This document shows positions 8,797-19,150 of a DNA stretch of 64,000 nt, piece after piece. Both the position numbers and the translations under genes were made by a program. Each line of letters starts with the position of its first letter. The first letter of the stretch is position 1. The notes beneath the pieces were generated by a model. It searched no databases. It worked only from the letters and a program-made list of their open reading frames with translations, and was not told the origin of the DNA. Source of the DNA: Candidatus Cloacimonadales bacterium (GTDB lineage Bacteria > Cloacimonadota > Cloacimonadia > Cloacimonadales > JAIOQZ01); the NCBI GenBank assembly GCA_963662655.2, contig CAXXTU010000002.1, forward strand, positions 1,664,001 to 1,728,000. The letters are read 5' to 3'.

Positions 8797-10251
8797 TCAG
8801 CTTGCAGCATCTTTCCGCTTTATTAGTAGTTTGATTTCGCCGAGTATCTCACCCTTCGAAAGCTTCAACACGATCCCAAAATACAAAACAACGCTCAGTG
8901 TGGCAACAAGTAATCCCGCCAGCGTGCCCAGGCGCAATGAAATCAACAACGCCGCCGCGAGTAAAGCCACACACACCAGTATCATACCGGATCGCTTCCA
9001 AAAGGATATATAATCGAATCGCACCATATTGAAAACAATGCCGAGGAAAACGACGTGCGTGAGAAATTTCGCCACCACGAATCCCAGTATCGCGTGATAG
9101 AATCCGAACTGCGCACCGATGAAGAGCCCGGCGGAGGTCGATACGAGCGACGCTACTCGCCAGATGAACTCGATATGGGGCTTCCTAAACACGATCGGGA
9201 TAGAACTGAGCGGATTCATGATGAGCGTTGATAGAGCACTCAGCCCCATGATCACCATGATCACGGTCGTCTTGAGCCACTCGCCGCCCAGGAACAGCGG
9301 TATCAGCTTCGACGCAAGGATGATATAGAACATCAGCAGCGCCCACAGGGTGGATATCGTGAAATACAGGAAGCGCTGAATCTTGCCCTGAATTTCGTCC
9401 GGTCTCATCCGTGCGAAAGACGGAAAGAACACCTGAAGCGCTGAGTCTGTCAACAAAGTTACGGGGAGTGAAACAACGTTCCATGCCAGGAAGTATAAAC
9501 CGGTGTATTCAATTCCCCTCTCTGGGAAAGCAATCCCCAGCAGGAAAATGGGACCCGCTCCTACGAACGCACCCATCAGGTGCATCGCGGTGGTGGTCAG
9601 CAGGAACCCTTTGTTAGCCTTCAGCTGGGCGACCTTCTCACGGACGGGGACTTGAAACAGACTGTCCAAAACTCTGCTCGGGAAGCGGCTCTTCCTGCTG
9701 AAAAGAACCAGGAGCATCTCGATGATATCGCCACAGAAAAAGGCGATCAGCACGACCCACAGGCTCCTCCAGAAGAACAGGAACACGATGGCCGCAACCG
9801 AGTACGCAAGCACATTGACCGTCTCGAAAAGAGAGGTTTCCTTAAAGCGGAACTCCTTTTTCAAACTGACTTTCAGCACCTGCCGCAGAACGTAGACGAG
9901 CAAGATTGGGAACGTGTATAAAACGATGCGCTTCAGCTCGGGCGTTTCGTAGAGAGCAGCGATGAGTCCCGAGGTAAACGGCAGGGCGATGGTTGCGATC
10001 AGGCCGAGAAGGAGCGGCAGCGAGACAAACAGCGGGAACATGCGCTCGCTGTCTTTCTCAACGATGTAAAGGGCATCCATGCTGAAGACCGCGAAGGTCG
10101 TCAGGAGCGTGATGAATCGTGTGTAGGTACCGAAGAGGCCCAGCGCTTCGCTATCGATGACGCGAGCGATGTAGAGGAACAACAGAATGACCAGGGCACG
10201 CTTGAAAACCGTAGCGGACAGGGTCCAGCGAATGCTCCCCAGTGTGTTCAT
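8797..10251 (-). CDS. Polysaccharide flippase (Wzx/MOP family)
   Basis: About 12-14 TM segments, 484 aa, WzxC-like pattern. Confidence 0.85.
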   Translation of the reverse strand: MNTLGSIRWTLSATVFKRALVILLFLYIARVIDSEALGLFGTYTRFITLLTTFAVFSMDALYIVEKDSERMFPLFVSLPLLLGLIATIALPFTSGLIAALYETPELKRIVLYTFPILLVYVLRQVLKVSLKKEFRFKETSLFETVNVLAYSVAAIVFLFFWRSLWVVLIAFFCGDIIEMLLVLFSRKSRFPSRVLDSLFQVPVREKVAQLKANKGFLLTTTAMHLMGAFVGAGPIFLLGIAFPERGIEYTGLYFLAWNVVSLPVTLLTDSALQVFFPSFARMRPDEIQGKIQRFLYFTISTLWALLMFYIILASKLIPLFLGGEWLKTTVIMVIMGLSALSTLIMNPLSSIPIVFRKPHIEFIWRVASLVSTSAGLFIGAQFGFYHAILGFVVAKFLTHVVFLGIVFNMVRFDYISFWKRSGMILVCVALLAAALLISLRLGTLAGLLVATLSVVLYFGIVLKLSKGEILGEIKLLIKRKDAAS

Positions 10252-10252
10252 A

Positions 10253-11899
10253 TCACTCGATCCCCAGCATGGCTGGAAGGAAGGCGCAGCACATGATGCC
10301 GTTGGGCGACATCTGCGAAACCCGTTGTTTCCTCACCCAGCCAAGGTGGTCGGCGGACATTTTACATCGCTGATCCCGCAGAAAATCCTCCGCCGCAGCG
10401 AGATCGGGGAACAGCTCGTCGACTCTCGACTTCATGAAGCGCGTGAAGCCTCCCGTTCCGAAGTAGCTGTACGGCTCCCTCCAGGCAAACTCAGAAGGTA
10501 TCAACATCTTGCGGAACATGTTGTGCGGATCCGTTTTCCTGCGAGCGATCATCTTACCGGCTTTCACATGCTTCTGAATCTTCTCCTCATCGCTTCCCAG
10601 CAACTTTCCGTTTACCGGTATCTGCGCCAGCCCTTGTGGCGTGGTCTGTAAAAACTCGAGCGAAGCTCTGGTGTATGCGCGCTGCTTGTAGCGTTCCGCT
10701 ACTTTCAGGCACAGGAACGGCTCCACAACTTTCGACTGATAGAACGGGAAGAACACGGGAAATCCATTTCCCGCGTAGTTCGGGCCAGTATGGAACTTCC
10801 GTTTGGGGTTCTCCAGCGACCACCGTTCCGCGACGGCAGGGACGCTTTCGCCCCTCGTCTCGAGCAGGCTCTTACGCACCAGTTCCTCGATCAGCGCGGT
10901 GAAGTCCTTCGATGAATGCGCAGTGTTGTAAAACAGCTTCCAGGTGAAGTAGTCAGAGAGCTTTTCGGGGCTGTTGTGCTCCAGAACCTCGTTGGTGATG
11001 GCATTCCCGGCAATCCAGTTACCGCCATGCCCGGTGACGACGACCCGGTTCCCCTTCTCGAGATGATTGCTTGCGATCCAGCCGGATTCCTGGGGCACGT
11101 TGCGTCCCTGGAATCCACACTCGACAAGACGCTTGATGCGCGATTTGGAGAATCCGGTTTTCGCGGAGACCGAATCGAAGCTGTAGTTTCTGTGCAGGAT
11201 TCCCGCTTTCGAGCTCAAGCTCTGAGCGGTAAGCATGTCCGGCTCATCTTTGAGGCCGTACGTGAAAGTCTCCAAACCAAGACCCTTCCGCAACGCGTCC
11301 GCGAGCACGAGCCTCGAATCGAGACCGGCCGTAAGAGCGAGCTGATACACAGCCTCATGGTCTGCCAGTTGCGGCAGCAGATGCGTGAAAGGGGATGTGA
11401 CGGGCAGGGCGTCCTCGCTGTATTGGATATCGTTCGCCGACCACACGTGCGAAGTCAACTCGCGCTTCAGGCGATCGAAGCAATAGAGCGTTCCCGGGAG
11501 GCACTCGAAAACGCCGCGGTAAGCCGTGCTCTCGCCCAGTGTAATGCTTCCGGCAAGCAGTGTGCACATTGAGAACTCGTTCAGCTTGAGCTGATCGCGC
11601 TGCTTCCAGGGATCGATGAATATTTCGAGACGGTCGTCGAACCGATAGAACAGAGGCTTCAAGCCGTAACGATCCGAGCCGAAGAAAATCCGGTCGCCCT
11701 CGTCTTTCCAGATATAGTGGAACATGCCTTCGATGTTGGGTAACCACTTCAGAGGTTGTTCGTGCTTGAACTTCCAGTCGAACAGTTCCGAGGCCTTGTT
11801 TCCGTGATACAGCTTATTCTTCTCTACCAGCGTTCCGTCAAAAAAGCAAAAAGGTTCCGGCACATAGAGAGGAACTGCCTTTTCACTGGAATATATCAT
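10253..11899 (-). CDS. Asparagine synthase-related amidotransferase (divergent)
   Basis: DRYGLKPLFY, PP-loop variant LTAGLDSR, TGHGG; no N-terminal Ntn Cys; start chosen at the ATG with GGAG SD. Confidence 0.75.
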   Translation of the reverse strand: MIYSSEKAVPLYVPEPFCFFDGTLVEKNKLYHGNKASELFDWKFKHEQPLKWLPNIEGMFHYIWKDEGDRIFFGSDRYGLKPLFYRFDDRLEIFIDPWKQRDQLKLNEFSMCTLLAGSITLGESTAYRGVFECLPGTLYCFDRLKRELTSHVWSANDIQYSEDALPVTSPFTHLLPQLADHEAVYQLALTAGLDSRLVLADALRKGLGLETFTYGLKDEPDMLTAQSLSSKAGILHRNYSFDSVSAKTGFSKSRIKRLVECGFQGRNVPQESGWIASNHLEKGNRVVVTGHGGNWIAGNAITNEVLEHNSPEKLSDYFTWKLFYNTAHSSKDFTALIEELVRKSLLETRGESVPAVAERWSLENPKRKFHTGPNYAGNGFPVFFPFYQSKVVEPFLCLKVAERYKQRAYTRASLEFLQTTPQGLAQIPVNGKLLGSDEEKIQKHVKAGKMIARRKTDPHNMFRKMLIPSEFAWREPYSYFGTGGFTRFMKSRVDELFPDLAAAEDFLRDQRCKMSADHLGWVRKQRVSQMSPNGIMCCAFLPAMLGIE

Positions 11900-11914
11900 A
11901 TTTTCTCCATTATA

Positions 11915-11942
11915 AAAAAGGGTGAGTATCCCCACCCTTTTT
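11915..11942 (-). terminator. Intrinsic terminator after metK
   Basis: Minus strand GGGTGG-ggatac-TCACCC followed by T6. Confidence 0.65.
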
Positions 11943-11959
11943 CGAAACCTATATCATTC

Positions 11960-13135
11960 TTAGAACTTGCTTTGCAGCGCTTTGACTTTGTCCGTATTTT
12001 CCCATGCGAACTGCTTGATCTCGCGTCCGAAATGGCCATACGCAGCGGTAAGGCGATAGATGGGACGGCGCAGCTTGAGGTGCTCGATGATTCCTTCCGG
12101 GTTGAGCGGGAAGATTTCTCGAACCACTTTCACCAGTTGTTCGTCCGGCACTTTACCGGTATTGAAGGTGTTGATCATCACCGAGACGGGATCGGCGACA
12201 CCGATCGCGTAGGCGAGCTGCACTTCGCACTCTTCGGCGAGTTCGGCTGCCACGATGTTCTTGGCGATGTAACGTCCCATGTAAGACGCACTGCGATCCA
12301 CCTTGGTCGGATCCTTACCCGAGAACGCGCCGCCGCCGTGGCTTCCCTTGCCACCGTAAGTATCGACGATGATCTTGCGTCCGGTAAGTCCGGTATCGGC
12401 ATGAGGGCCGCCAAGCACAAAGCGCCCGGTAGGGTTGATGAAGAACTTCGTGTTCGCGTCGATCATCTCTGCCGGAATAATCGGCTTGATCACATGCTTG
12501 ATCATGTCTTCACGAATCTGTTCGTGCGTCGCTTCGGGATTGTGTTGTGTCGAGATGACAACTGCTTCCACGCGATGCGGCTTGTTGTTCATGTACTCGA
12601 TACTGACCTGGGATTTGCCGTCGGGACGAAGGTACTTCAATTCCGGTGGGCAATCCTTGCAGCCTTTGCGTACAAGAGCGAGCTGCTTGACGAGTTTGTG
12701 GGCAAGCATGATCGGCATGGGCATGAGTTCCGGCGTCTCACGGCAGGCATATCCGAACATCATACCCTGATCGCCTGCGCCCACCATGTTGTGTAATTCG
12801 GTTTTGTCCACGCCCATCGCGATGTCTGTCGACTGCTTATCGATGGTCGTAATCACCGCGCAAGTTTTATGATCGATCCCGTAATCGGCGTTATTGTAGC
12901 CAATCTCTTCGATGGTTTGACGAACGATATCCGGGATATGCACGTAACAATCGGTCGATATTTCACCGCCAACAAGTGCCATGCCTGTTGTCAGGAATGT
13001 TTCACAAGCGACCCTCGCGTAAGGGTCTTGCGAGAAAATCGCATCGAGGACGGCATCGGAAATCTGATCCGCCATCTTGTCCGGGTGCCCTTCGGTTACG
13101 GATTCCGAGGTGAAAAGGTGTTTTTCGTCCTTCAT
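11960..13135 (-). CDS. metK: S-adenosylmethionine synthase
   Basis: [28 protein letters not shown] motifs. Confidence 0.98.
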   Translation of the reverse strand: MKDEKHLFTSESVTEGHPDKMADQISDAVLDAIFSQDPYARVACETFLTTGMALVGGEISTDCYVHIPDIVRQTIEEIGYNNADYGIDHKTCAVITTIDKQSTDIAMGVDKTELHNMVGAGDQGMMFGYACRETPELMPMPIMLAHKLVKQLALVRKGCKDCPPELKYLRPDGKSQVSIEYMNNKPHRVEAVVISTQHNPEATHEQIREDMIKHVIKPIIPAEMIDANTKFFINPTGRFVLGGPHADTGLTGRKIIVDTYGGKGSHGGGAFSGKDPTKVDRSASYMGRYIAKNIVAAELAEECEVQLAYAIGVADPVSVMINTFNTGKVPDEQLVKVVREIFPLNPEGIIEHLKLRRPIYRLTAAYGHFGREIKQFAWENTDKVKALQSKF

Positions 13136-13145
13136 GGGTTTCTCC

Positions 13146-14192
13146 TTATATGTTGCTCTTCAGATAGTTGATGTAATTGATTCCGGTCGGATCCGTTCCG
13201 TCCAGAATTGCCAGATAAAAACTTATCATGTCGCCGAGGTAGATCAGCGAAAACATTTGCTCCAGCAAACTCTCCCCCTCGGTGTAGAAGACTTGCGAAG
13301 GTACGTTGTCCCTCGTAAATAGCGCTTGCATTGCTCTTATGCGCTTGAGGTAGTTTTCGTCCTCCTGCAGGTTCTGCAGGAAGATCGGGAACAGTTGCTT
13401 CCGAAGCTCCGGGTGCTCCCATCCCTCGATTTCATTATGATTCATCTCGGGAAGGGTGTGACTGAACGCGGGATACTTCGCGTTCTCGTTCAATTGGCAT
13501 TTCCAGCGATAGGCCACCGGCAGCAGTTCCGGCCGCGACGCATACACCACGGGGATTTTACCCTGAAGCTCTTTCGCCGAAAGCTTGGCGATGTTACGAT
13601 CTTCGGGGACGCTGTCGGCAATCGCTCCGGCTTTCTTGATCAGCATCGCGACGATTGCCTTCACGACATCCTGCTGAGATTCGATCATCTCGTATGTCTC
13701 CAGCAAACGTAGCGCGGAGAAGAACAGGTATCCGATGGCCGAGCGTGGCGGGAATCCTGCCGGGACTTCCACCCATACTTCGTTCGGCAACAGAGAATCC
13801 TTGAGCTTTCCGCCGGACGTGATGGCGGCGATGAACGCGCCTCTTCTTCGAGCCTCTTCCACGCAGGAGAGCGTCTCTTCCGTGTTTCCCGAATAACTGA
13901 TCGCGATGAGCAGGGTCTCGTTATCGACGTAGGGCGGTAAATAGTTTTTTACCACTTCGACGGGAAATTTTGCGCCAAATGCGGAAGCGGCGAGATCGCC
14001 GGAAATCGCCGATCCCCCCATGCCGCTGAACATGACTTTCTTTATCGTACCCGGAATCAGGAAATCCGCGGGAACATGGACAATCGCTTCGTTGTAGGCT
14101 TTCAATACCTGCTCGGGAAGATGGATGATCCTCTCGTACATTCCATCCACATCGAGCCTTTGAATTTCTTTGACGTTATCGAGAACTGTCAT
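13146..14192 (-). CDS. Bifunctional phosphoglucose/phosphomannose isomerase (SIS)
   Basis: [35 protein letters not shown]. Confidence 0.92.
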   Translation of the reverse strand: MTVLDNVKEIQRLDVDGMYERIIHLPEQVLKAYNEAIVHVPADFLIPGTIKKVMFSGMGGSAISGDLAASAFGAKFPVEVVKNYLPPYVDNETLLIAISYSGNTEETLSCVEEARRRGAFIAAITSGGKLKDSLLPNEVWVEVPAGFPPRSAIGYLFFSALRLLETYEMIESQQDVVKAIVAMLIKKAGAIADSVPEDRNIAKLSAKELQGKIPVVYASRPELLPVAYRWKCQLNENAKYPAFSHTLPEMNHNEIEGWEHPELRKQLFPIFLQNLQEDENYLKRIRAMQALFTRDNVPSQVFYTEGESLLEQMFSLIYLGDMISFYLAILDGTDPTGINYINYLKSNI

Positions 14193-15556
14193 AAAATCTT
14201 TCCTTTCTTCGATTTATCTTTGAGAAACGCGTCGATTTCGCGCTTCCGATCTTCGAATCCCTTTTTCCCCATCATCGCGTAGGTTGCTATCTTCCCTGTT
14301 TCTACACCGGGCTGATCCAGCGGATTGATGTTCAGGAGCTTGCCTGCAAACACCGTCTGGACTTCATACAGGAAGATGAACTCGCCCAGATGGAAGGCGT
14401 CGAGCTTGGGGAACAAAATGGTGCAATTGGGACGTCCGGCGTCGGTGAGGGCGATCTCGGTAGCCTGGCGCTCCACATTGAGAAGCGTGCTGAGATTCTG
14501 CCCGTCGAGGTAGTTGACCTCGTCCCGCTCCGGATAAATCCCGGGAATCTCGTAGTCGCATCCGAACCGCTCCAGACCGAGGAAGGTGACCACCTTGTCA
14601 TTGGGGCCTTCCGCGTAGAGCTGTACCTGCGAATGCTGGTCCGTGGTTCCGAGCGCCTTCACGGGCGTCTGCCCCACGAAAATCTCTTTTCCATCGACAT
14701 CATACCGCTTGCCGAGGCTCTCCGCCCAAAGTTGGCGATACCAGTCCGCCATGTCGTAGAGCGGATTGGAGTAAGGCATCATCACGGAGATGTTCATCCC
14801 CTTTTCCATGAACAGCACGTGCAGAAGCGCGTTCAGGTAGGCGGGATTCTTCATGACATCGCCTTGCTCGCAGCGATCTCGCATTGAGGCAGCGCCCCGG
14901 AGCAACTCATCGATGTCAATCCCCACAAACGCCGAAGAAACCAGTCCAACGTCCGTCAGCACGGAAAATCGCCCGCCGACATTCCCCGGAACCTCGAAGT
15001 CCCGGTAGCCGTTCTGGTTGATCAACTGGCGCAGGAAACCTTTCTCGGCATCGGTGGTGACGACCACGTTCTTCTTGTAGTCCTCGCCGAGGGCTTCGCG
15101 AAGCATTTCGAGCGCGATCAAGTACGTGCTCATTGTTTCGGCCGTCGTGCCCGACTTGGTGATCACGTTGAACAGCGTGCGCGGGATGTCCACCTGATCC
15201 ATGATTTCCTTCATCAGGTAAGGATCGACGTTATCCGCGATGAACAGCTTTTTTTCGAGGCCCAGCTCCGTCTTGAGCGCGGAGTAGAGCGCGCGGTTTC
15301 CCAGGGCCGATCCTCCGATCCCGAGTACGACCATGCTATCGAAATCGTTCTTCACCTCTTCGACGAACGCCTTGATCTTCGTCGTATCGAAGTCGGGCAG
15401 TTCGAAGAAACCCAGGACGTCGTTCTTGCGATCGTCCAGGATCGCTCGATGGGCCTTCTCGCAGCGGATGATGCTTTTATCCAACTCTTCGGCTTTGATG
15501 CCGGAGGGAATTTTATCGGAATATAAAAGATTGGTGTAATCAAACTTTAATGCCAT
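14189..15556 (-). CDS. pgi: Glucose-6-phosphate isomerase
   Basis: GIGGSALG, TKSGTTAET, VGGRFSVL, QLWAESLGK, DQHSQVQ, DQPGVE.GK. Confidence 0.95.
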   Translation of the reverse strand: MALKFDYTNLLYSDKIPSGIKAEELDKSIIRCEKAHRAILDDRKNDVLGFFELPDFDTTKIKAFVEEVKNDFDSMVVLGIGGSALGNRALYSALKTELGLEKKLFIADNVDPYLMKEIMDQVDIPRTLFNVITKSGTTAETMSTYLIALEMLREALGEDYKKNVVVTTDAEKGFLRQLINQNGYRDFEVPGNVGGRFSVLTDVGLVSSAFVGIDIDELLRGAASMRDRCEQGDVMKNPAYLNALLHVLFMEKGMNISVMMPYSNPLYDMADWYRQLWAESLGKRYDVDGKEIFVGQTPVKALGTTDQHSQVQLYAEGPNDKVVTFLGLERFGCDYEIPGIYPERDEVNYLDGQNLSTLLNVERQATEIALTDAGRPNCTILFPKLDAFHLGEFIFLYEVQTVFAGKLLNINPLDQPGVETGKIATYAMMGKKGFEDRKREIDAFLKDKSKKGKIL

Positions 15557-17270
15557 ATTTATCTCTCCATCTGACAATGGTTTTCTGTACGTTTTTCGAG
15601 GTTATCTGATCGAGTATATCGAGCACCAGATCCACCAGGATGCTGGAATCGATTTTACTGATGAATTCCTTGATGATGAGGAGCGATCCCGGATTGACGC
15701 TGAGCTCCGTAATCCCGAGTCCCAGAAGGATCGGCACGAAATCCCGATCCGAGGCCATCTCTCCGCAAACGGACACGGGCAGATTGTACTTCCTCGCGTT
15801 CTGGACAATCAGCGTAATCAGGTGCATGATCGCCGGATGATAGGGATTGTAATAATCGGTTACGTTCTCGCTGGTACGGTCAACCGCCAGCGTGTATTGG
15901 ATCAGGTCGTTGGTCCCGATGCTGAAGAAATCGCAGTGCTGCGCCAGCGTATCGGAGATCATCGCTGCGGATGGTACTTCGATCATCACGCCCAGCTTGA
16001 TCTCTTCGTCGAAGGGAATCTCGTTCTTGCGCAGCTCGTTCATGCATTCGTTCATGTGCTGCTTGGCGCGCAGAAGCTCGTCCAGACTGGAAACCATCGG
16101 GAACATCACTTTGATGTTGCCGTAGTGGCTGGCTCGTAAAATCGCCTTCAATTGAGCATGAAACATCTCGGGATTTCTGAGCGAAAGCCGTATTCCCCGA
16201 CAACCCAGGTTCGGGTTTTCCTCGTGGCGCAGATTGATGGAAGCGTGCAGCTTGTCACCGCCGATATCGACCGTGCGGATGATCACCGGATTGGGCTTGA
16301 GCGCTTCCGCGATCATTTTATATTGTTCGAACTGCTCGTTCTCGCTCGGTAATTCCATATCGCCAATGTAGATGAATTCCGTGCGGAACAGCCCGATACC
16401 ATCCGCATTGATTCTCTTGACATGCGCCAGTTCGTCGGGAAGCTCGATGTTACAGCGAAGGTTTATCCGCACACCGTCCTTGGTTTTGGCAGGAAGATCG
16501 ACTAGCTTGAGAAGTTGCTCCGAGCGGTATCTTTCCTGCTCGATCATGTGCTTGTAAAGGGTAATGTTCTGTTGACTCGGTGAAAGGATGACCTCTCCGG
16601 CATAGCCATCGAGAATGAGCTCCTGATCGTTGCTGACACTTTTCAACAGGTTCTCCACCCCAACGACGGCCGGGATTCCCAGTGCACGCGCGACAATGGA
16701 ACTGTGCGATGTCCTGCTACCGATCTCGGCAACGACACCGGCTATCCCCTTCTTGGACACCTTTGTCAGGAGCGACACGGGAATCTCTTCGAGAACGAGA
16801 ATCGAATCGTTGTGGAGCTTGCTGAGGATATCGTCCTCGTAGCCCATCATGTGGCCCAACAGGCGATTGGCAACTTCACGGTAATCGGAGACACGCTCAG
16901 CGTAGTAGGCGTTGTCCATCTTCTCGAAAAGGTCGATGGCATAAGAGAAATGACGATGCACCGCATTCTCCAGCCCCACCATGTTCTCGTCGAGGATTCT
17001 GGATACATTTTTCCTGAGCTCGGGATCCTGAAGGATCAGCTTGTGAGAATGAAGTATCTCGCGGTCGACATCGGAGAACGCATACTCATCGATAAGATGA
17101 TCGATATCGGAAACAACCTTCTCAATCGCAGAATCAAGTCGCTCAAGCTCTCTGAGAATGCATTCCTTTTCAATACGCCGCTCGGGGATCGTCATCGGAT
17201 GGATTTCTTTCAAGACCGCCTTTCCGATGGAAATCCCATGAGAAACTCCAAGCCCCTTCAGTTTTTGCAT
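15540..17270 (-). CDS. ptsI: PTS enzyme I
   Basis: TSHSSI phospho-His, GIGLFRTEF, MIEVP, FSIGTNDL, VCGEMA. Confidence 0.96.
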   Translation of the reverse strand: MQKLKGLGVSHGISIGKAVLKEIHPMTIPERRIEKECILRELERLDSAIEKVVSDIDHLIDEYAFSDVDREILHSHKLILQDPELRKNVSRILDENMVGLENAVHRHFSYAIDLFEKMDNAYYAERVSDYREVANRLLGHMMGYEDDILSKLHNDSILVLEEIPVSLLTKVSKKGIAGVVAEIGSRTSHSSIVARALGIPAVVGVENLLKSVSNDQELILDGYAGEVILSPSQQNITLYKHMIEQERYRSEQLLKLVDLPAKTKDGVRINLRCNIELPDELAHVKRINADGIGLFRTEFIYIGDMELPSENEQFEQYKMIAEALKPNPVIIRTVDIGGDKLHASINLRHEENPNLGCRGIRLSLRNPEMFHAQLKAILRASHYGNIKVMFPMVSSLDELLRAKQHMNECMNELRKNEIPFDEEIKLGVMIEVPSAAMISDTLAQHCDFFSIGTNDLIQYTLAVDRTSENVTDYYNPYHPAIMHLITLIVQNARKYNLPVSVCGEMASDRDFVPILLGLGITELSVNPGSLLIIKEFISKIDSSILVDLVLDILDQITSKNVQKTIVRWRDKYGIKV

Positions 17271-17536
17271 CAGTCCTCGTCAAATTTGGTTACAAAAAGC
17301 TGTTCGATCTCCTGCATCAGGAACTCTTCATCGGGGCCATGAGCCCATAGCCTCAATTCCGTTCCCTGTGTCGCAGCGAGGGTCATAACCCCCATGATGC
17401 TTTTGCCGTTCACCTCGGTGTCGTCTTTGATTATTTTAAAATCCGAGCGAAACTTGTTCGCCGTTCTCACAATAAGCGTGCATGGTCTGGCATGCAAACC
17501 CAGTGTATTCTGAACAACCGTTGTTTTTTCAATCAT
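17270..17536 (-). CDS. ptsH: HPr phosphocarrier
   Basis: GLHARP (His15), NGKSIMGV (Ser46). Confidence 0.95.
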   Translation of the reverse strand: MIEKTTVVQNTLGLHARPCTLIVRTANKFRSDFKIIKDDTEVNGKSIMGVMTLAATQGTELRLWAHGPDEEFLMQEIEQLFVTKFDED

Positions 17537-17574
17537 TTTCTAATCTACTTTCGATCTTACAATAAGGTCAATAA

Positions 17575-18522
17575 TTATTTCCGGCTGGATAGCGTTTTTT
17601 GCCGGATTTCTTCCTGGAGGCGTCTCGTGTACGCTTCGGCGGCGTCGTATCCAAACGTTTTAAGGATGTGGTTCATTGCGATAACTTCAATAATAACAGA
17701 CACATTCTTCCCCGGTGAAACAGGGAGGTAGATCACGGGGATATTGATACCGTGATATCCCACGAAATTATTCTTCAGGCCGAGGCGCTCGTAGTCCATG
17801 CTGTCCCGCCAGGGCATGAGCTCGACCTGAATCTCGATCTGCTTGTTCTGGCGGACGACCTGAATCCCGAACATCCTTTCGATGTCGATGATTCCGACGC
17901 CGCGCACTTCCATGAACCAGCCTGCATCCTTGGCCGGCATTCCGATCAAGATGTCGTTTGAGAGGGCGATTTTGACAAGATCATCCGCGATCAGGCGGTG
18001 ACCGCGCTCCACGAGGTCAAGCGCGCACTCGCTCTTTCCGATACCGCTTGCGCCGGTGAGCATCACGCCCACGCCGAAGACATCGACCAACGTCGCGTGG
18101 ATCGCCTTCTTCGGTGCGAAGTGCTCGTTCAGATAGCGATTGAGATTGTTGAACAGCTTCTCGGTGGTCAGACGGCTGGACAGCAGCGCGATGTTCATCT
18201 CGTTGGCCAGATACTCCAGATGATGCGGAACGGTGAGTCCCTTGGTGACGATGATACAGGGAATGCTGTACTCGAAAACCGATTTGAGCCGCTCATACAG
18301 GGCGTCTTCGTTCAGCGTCTGCAAAAAACTGATTTCCGTCTCGCCCAGCACCTGAACCCGTTTGTACGCAAAGCGGTCGAGATAGCCGGCCAGGGCGAGT
18401 CCCGGGCGATTCAACTGGGAATCGGTAATGAGATTGTTCAACGATTTCTTACGACTGATCAGCGAAAGCGCGAGGTCTTTCTTTTTCTTTTCGAAAAGCT
18501 CTTTTACGGATAGATCTACCAT
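17575..18522 (-). CDS. hprK: HPr kinase/phosphorylase
   Basis: GASGIGKSECAL.LV.RGHRLIADD, EVRGVGII, PGKN. Confidence 0.96.
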   Translation of the reverse strand: MVDLSVKELFEKKKKDLALSLISRKKSLNNLITDSQLNRPGLALAGYLDRFAYKRVQVLGETEISFLQTLNEDALYERLKSVFEYSIPCIIVTKGLTVPHHLEYLANEMNIALLSSRLTTEKLFNNLNRYLNEHFAPKKAIHATLVDVFGVGVMLTGASGIGKSECALDLVERGHRLIADDLVKIALSNDILIGMPAKDAGWFMEVRGVGIIDIERMFGIQVVRQNKQIEIQVELMPWRDSMDYERLGLKNNFVGYHGINIPVIYLPVSPGKNVSVIIEVIAMNHILKTFGYDAAEAYTRRLQEEIRQKTLSSRK

Positions 18523-18541
18523 GATACCTCTCAAGGTGAAC

Positions 18542-18570
18542 GGGTAGCCGTCCACAAGGAACGGCCACCC
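18542..18570 (-). promoter_or_regulatory. mRNA hairpin between hpf and hprK (stabiliser or partial terminator)
   Basis: 12 bp stem GGGUGGCCGUUC/GGACGGCUACCC with two G-U pairs valid only on the minus strand; no U-tract. Confidence 0.55.
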
Positions 18571-18596
18571 ATGTATTTACTGTTGGAAACGATACA

Positions 18597-19130
18597 TCAA
18601 GGCATGAGAAGCTTGAAGTGCTCATCGTCCTTCTTGACCAGGACGTTGATGCGATCCGTCTCCACGTTTTTGAAGATTAAATAAGAATCCTTGGTCTTCT
18701 CGATCTGATTCATCGCCTCGTCGATGCTGTACGTCTCGGCGATAATTCGTTTCGTTTTCAGGCGTTTTCTCGGCTCATCACCTCCGTGACGTTCGAAGAG
18801 ATCAGCATAAACGAAATGCAAATCTTCCTTCAATCTTTTTTTCTGATGATCGGTAACTTTGTCTTTCAGCTTCTTGATCTGAGACTCCATTTTGTCGATC
18901 ACCGTGTCTACCGCCAAATACATATCATGGTCTTCGGCTTCGCTCTGAAGACTGAAATGAGATGCGTGAAGCGACATTTCAACGTGATTCCGGCTGCCCT
19001 CGAGAGATAAGGTCAAGTGAACATTGATAATGTGATCAAAGTACTTTTCCAGCTTTTCGCAAGCTTCTTCAACGTGGTCACGGATCGCGTTGGTTAGATC
19101 AAAGTGGCGTGCAGTGATTGTGATTTGCAT
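18597..19130 (-). CDS. hpf: Ribosome hibernation factor, long HPF/RaiA
   Basis: MQITITARHFDLT..., DMYLAVD, C-terminal S30AE-like domain. Confidence 0.93.
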   Translation of the reverse strand: MQITITARHFDLTNAIRDHVEEACEKLEKYFDHIINVHLTLSLEGSRNHVEMSLHASHFSLQSEAEDHDMYLAVDTVIDKMESQIKKLKDKVTDHQKKRLKEDLHFVYADLFERHGGDEPRKRLKTKRIIAETYSIDEAMNQIEKTKDSYLIFKNVETDRINVLVKKDDEHFKLLMP

Positions 19131-19150
19131 AGTGTTCCCCTTTCTTTGGT

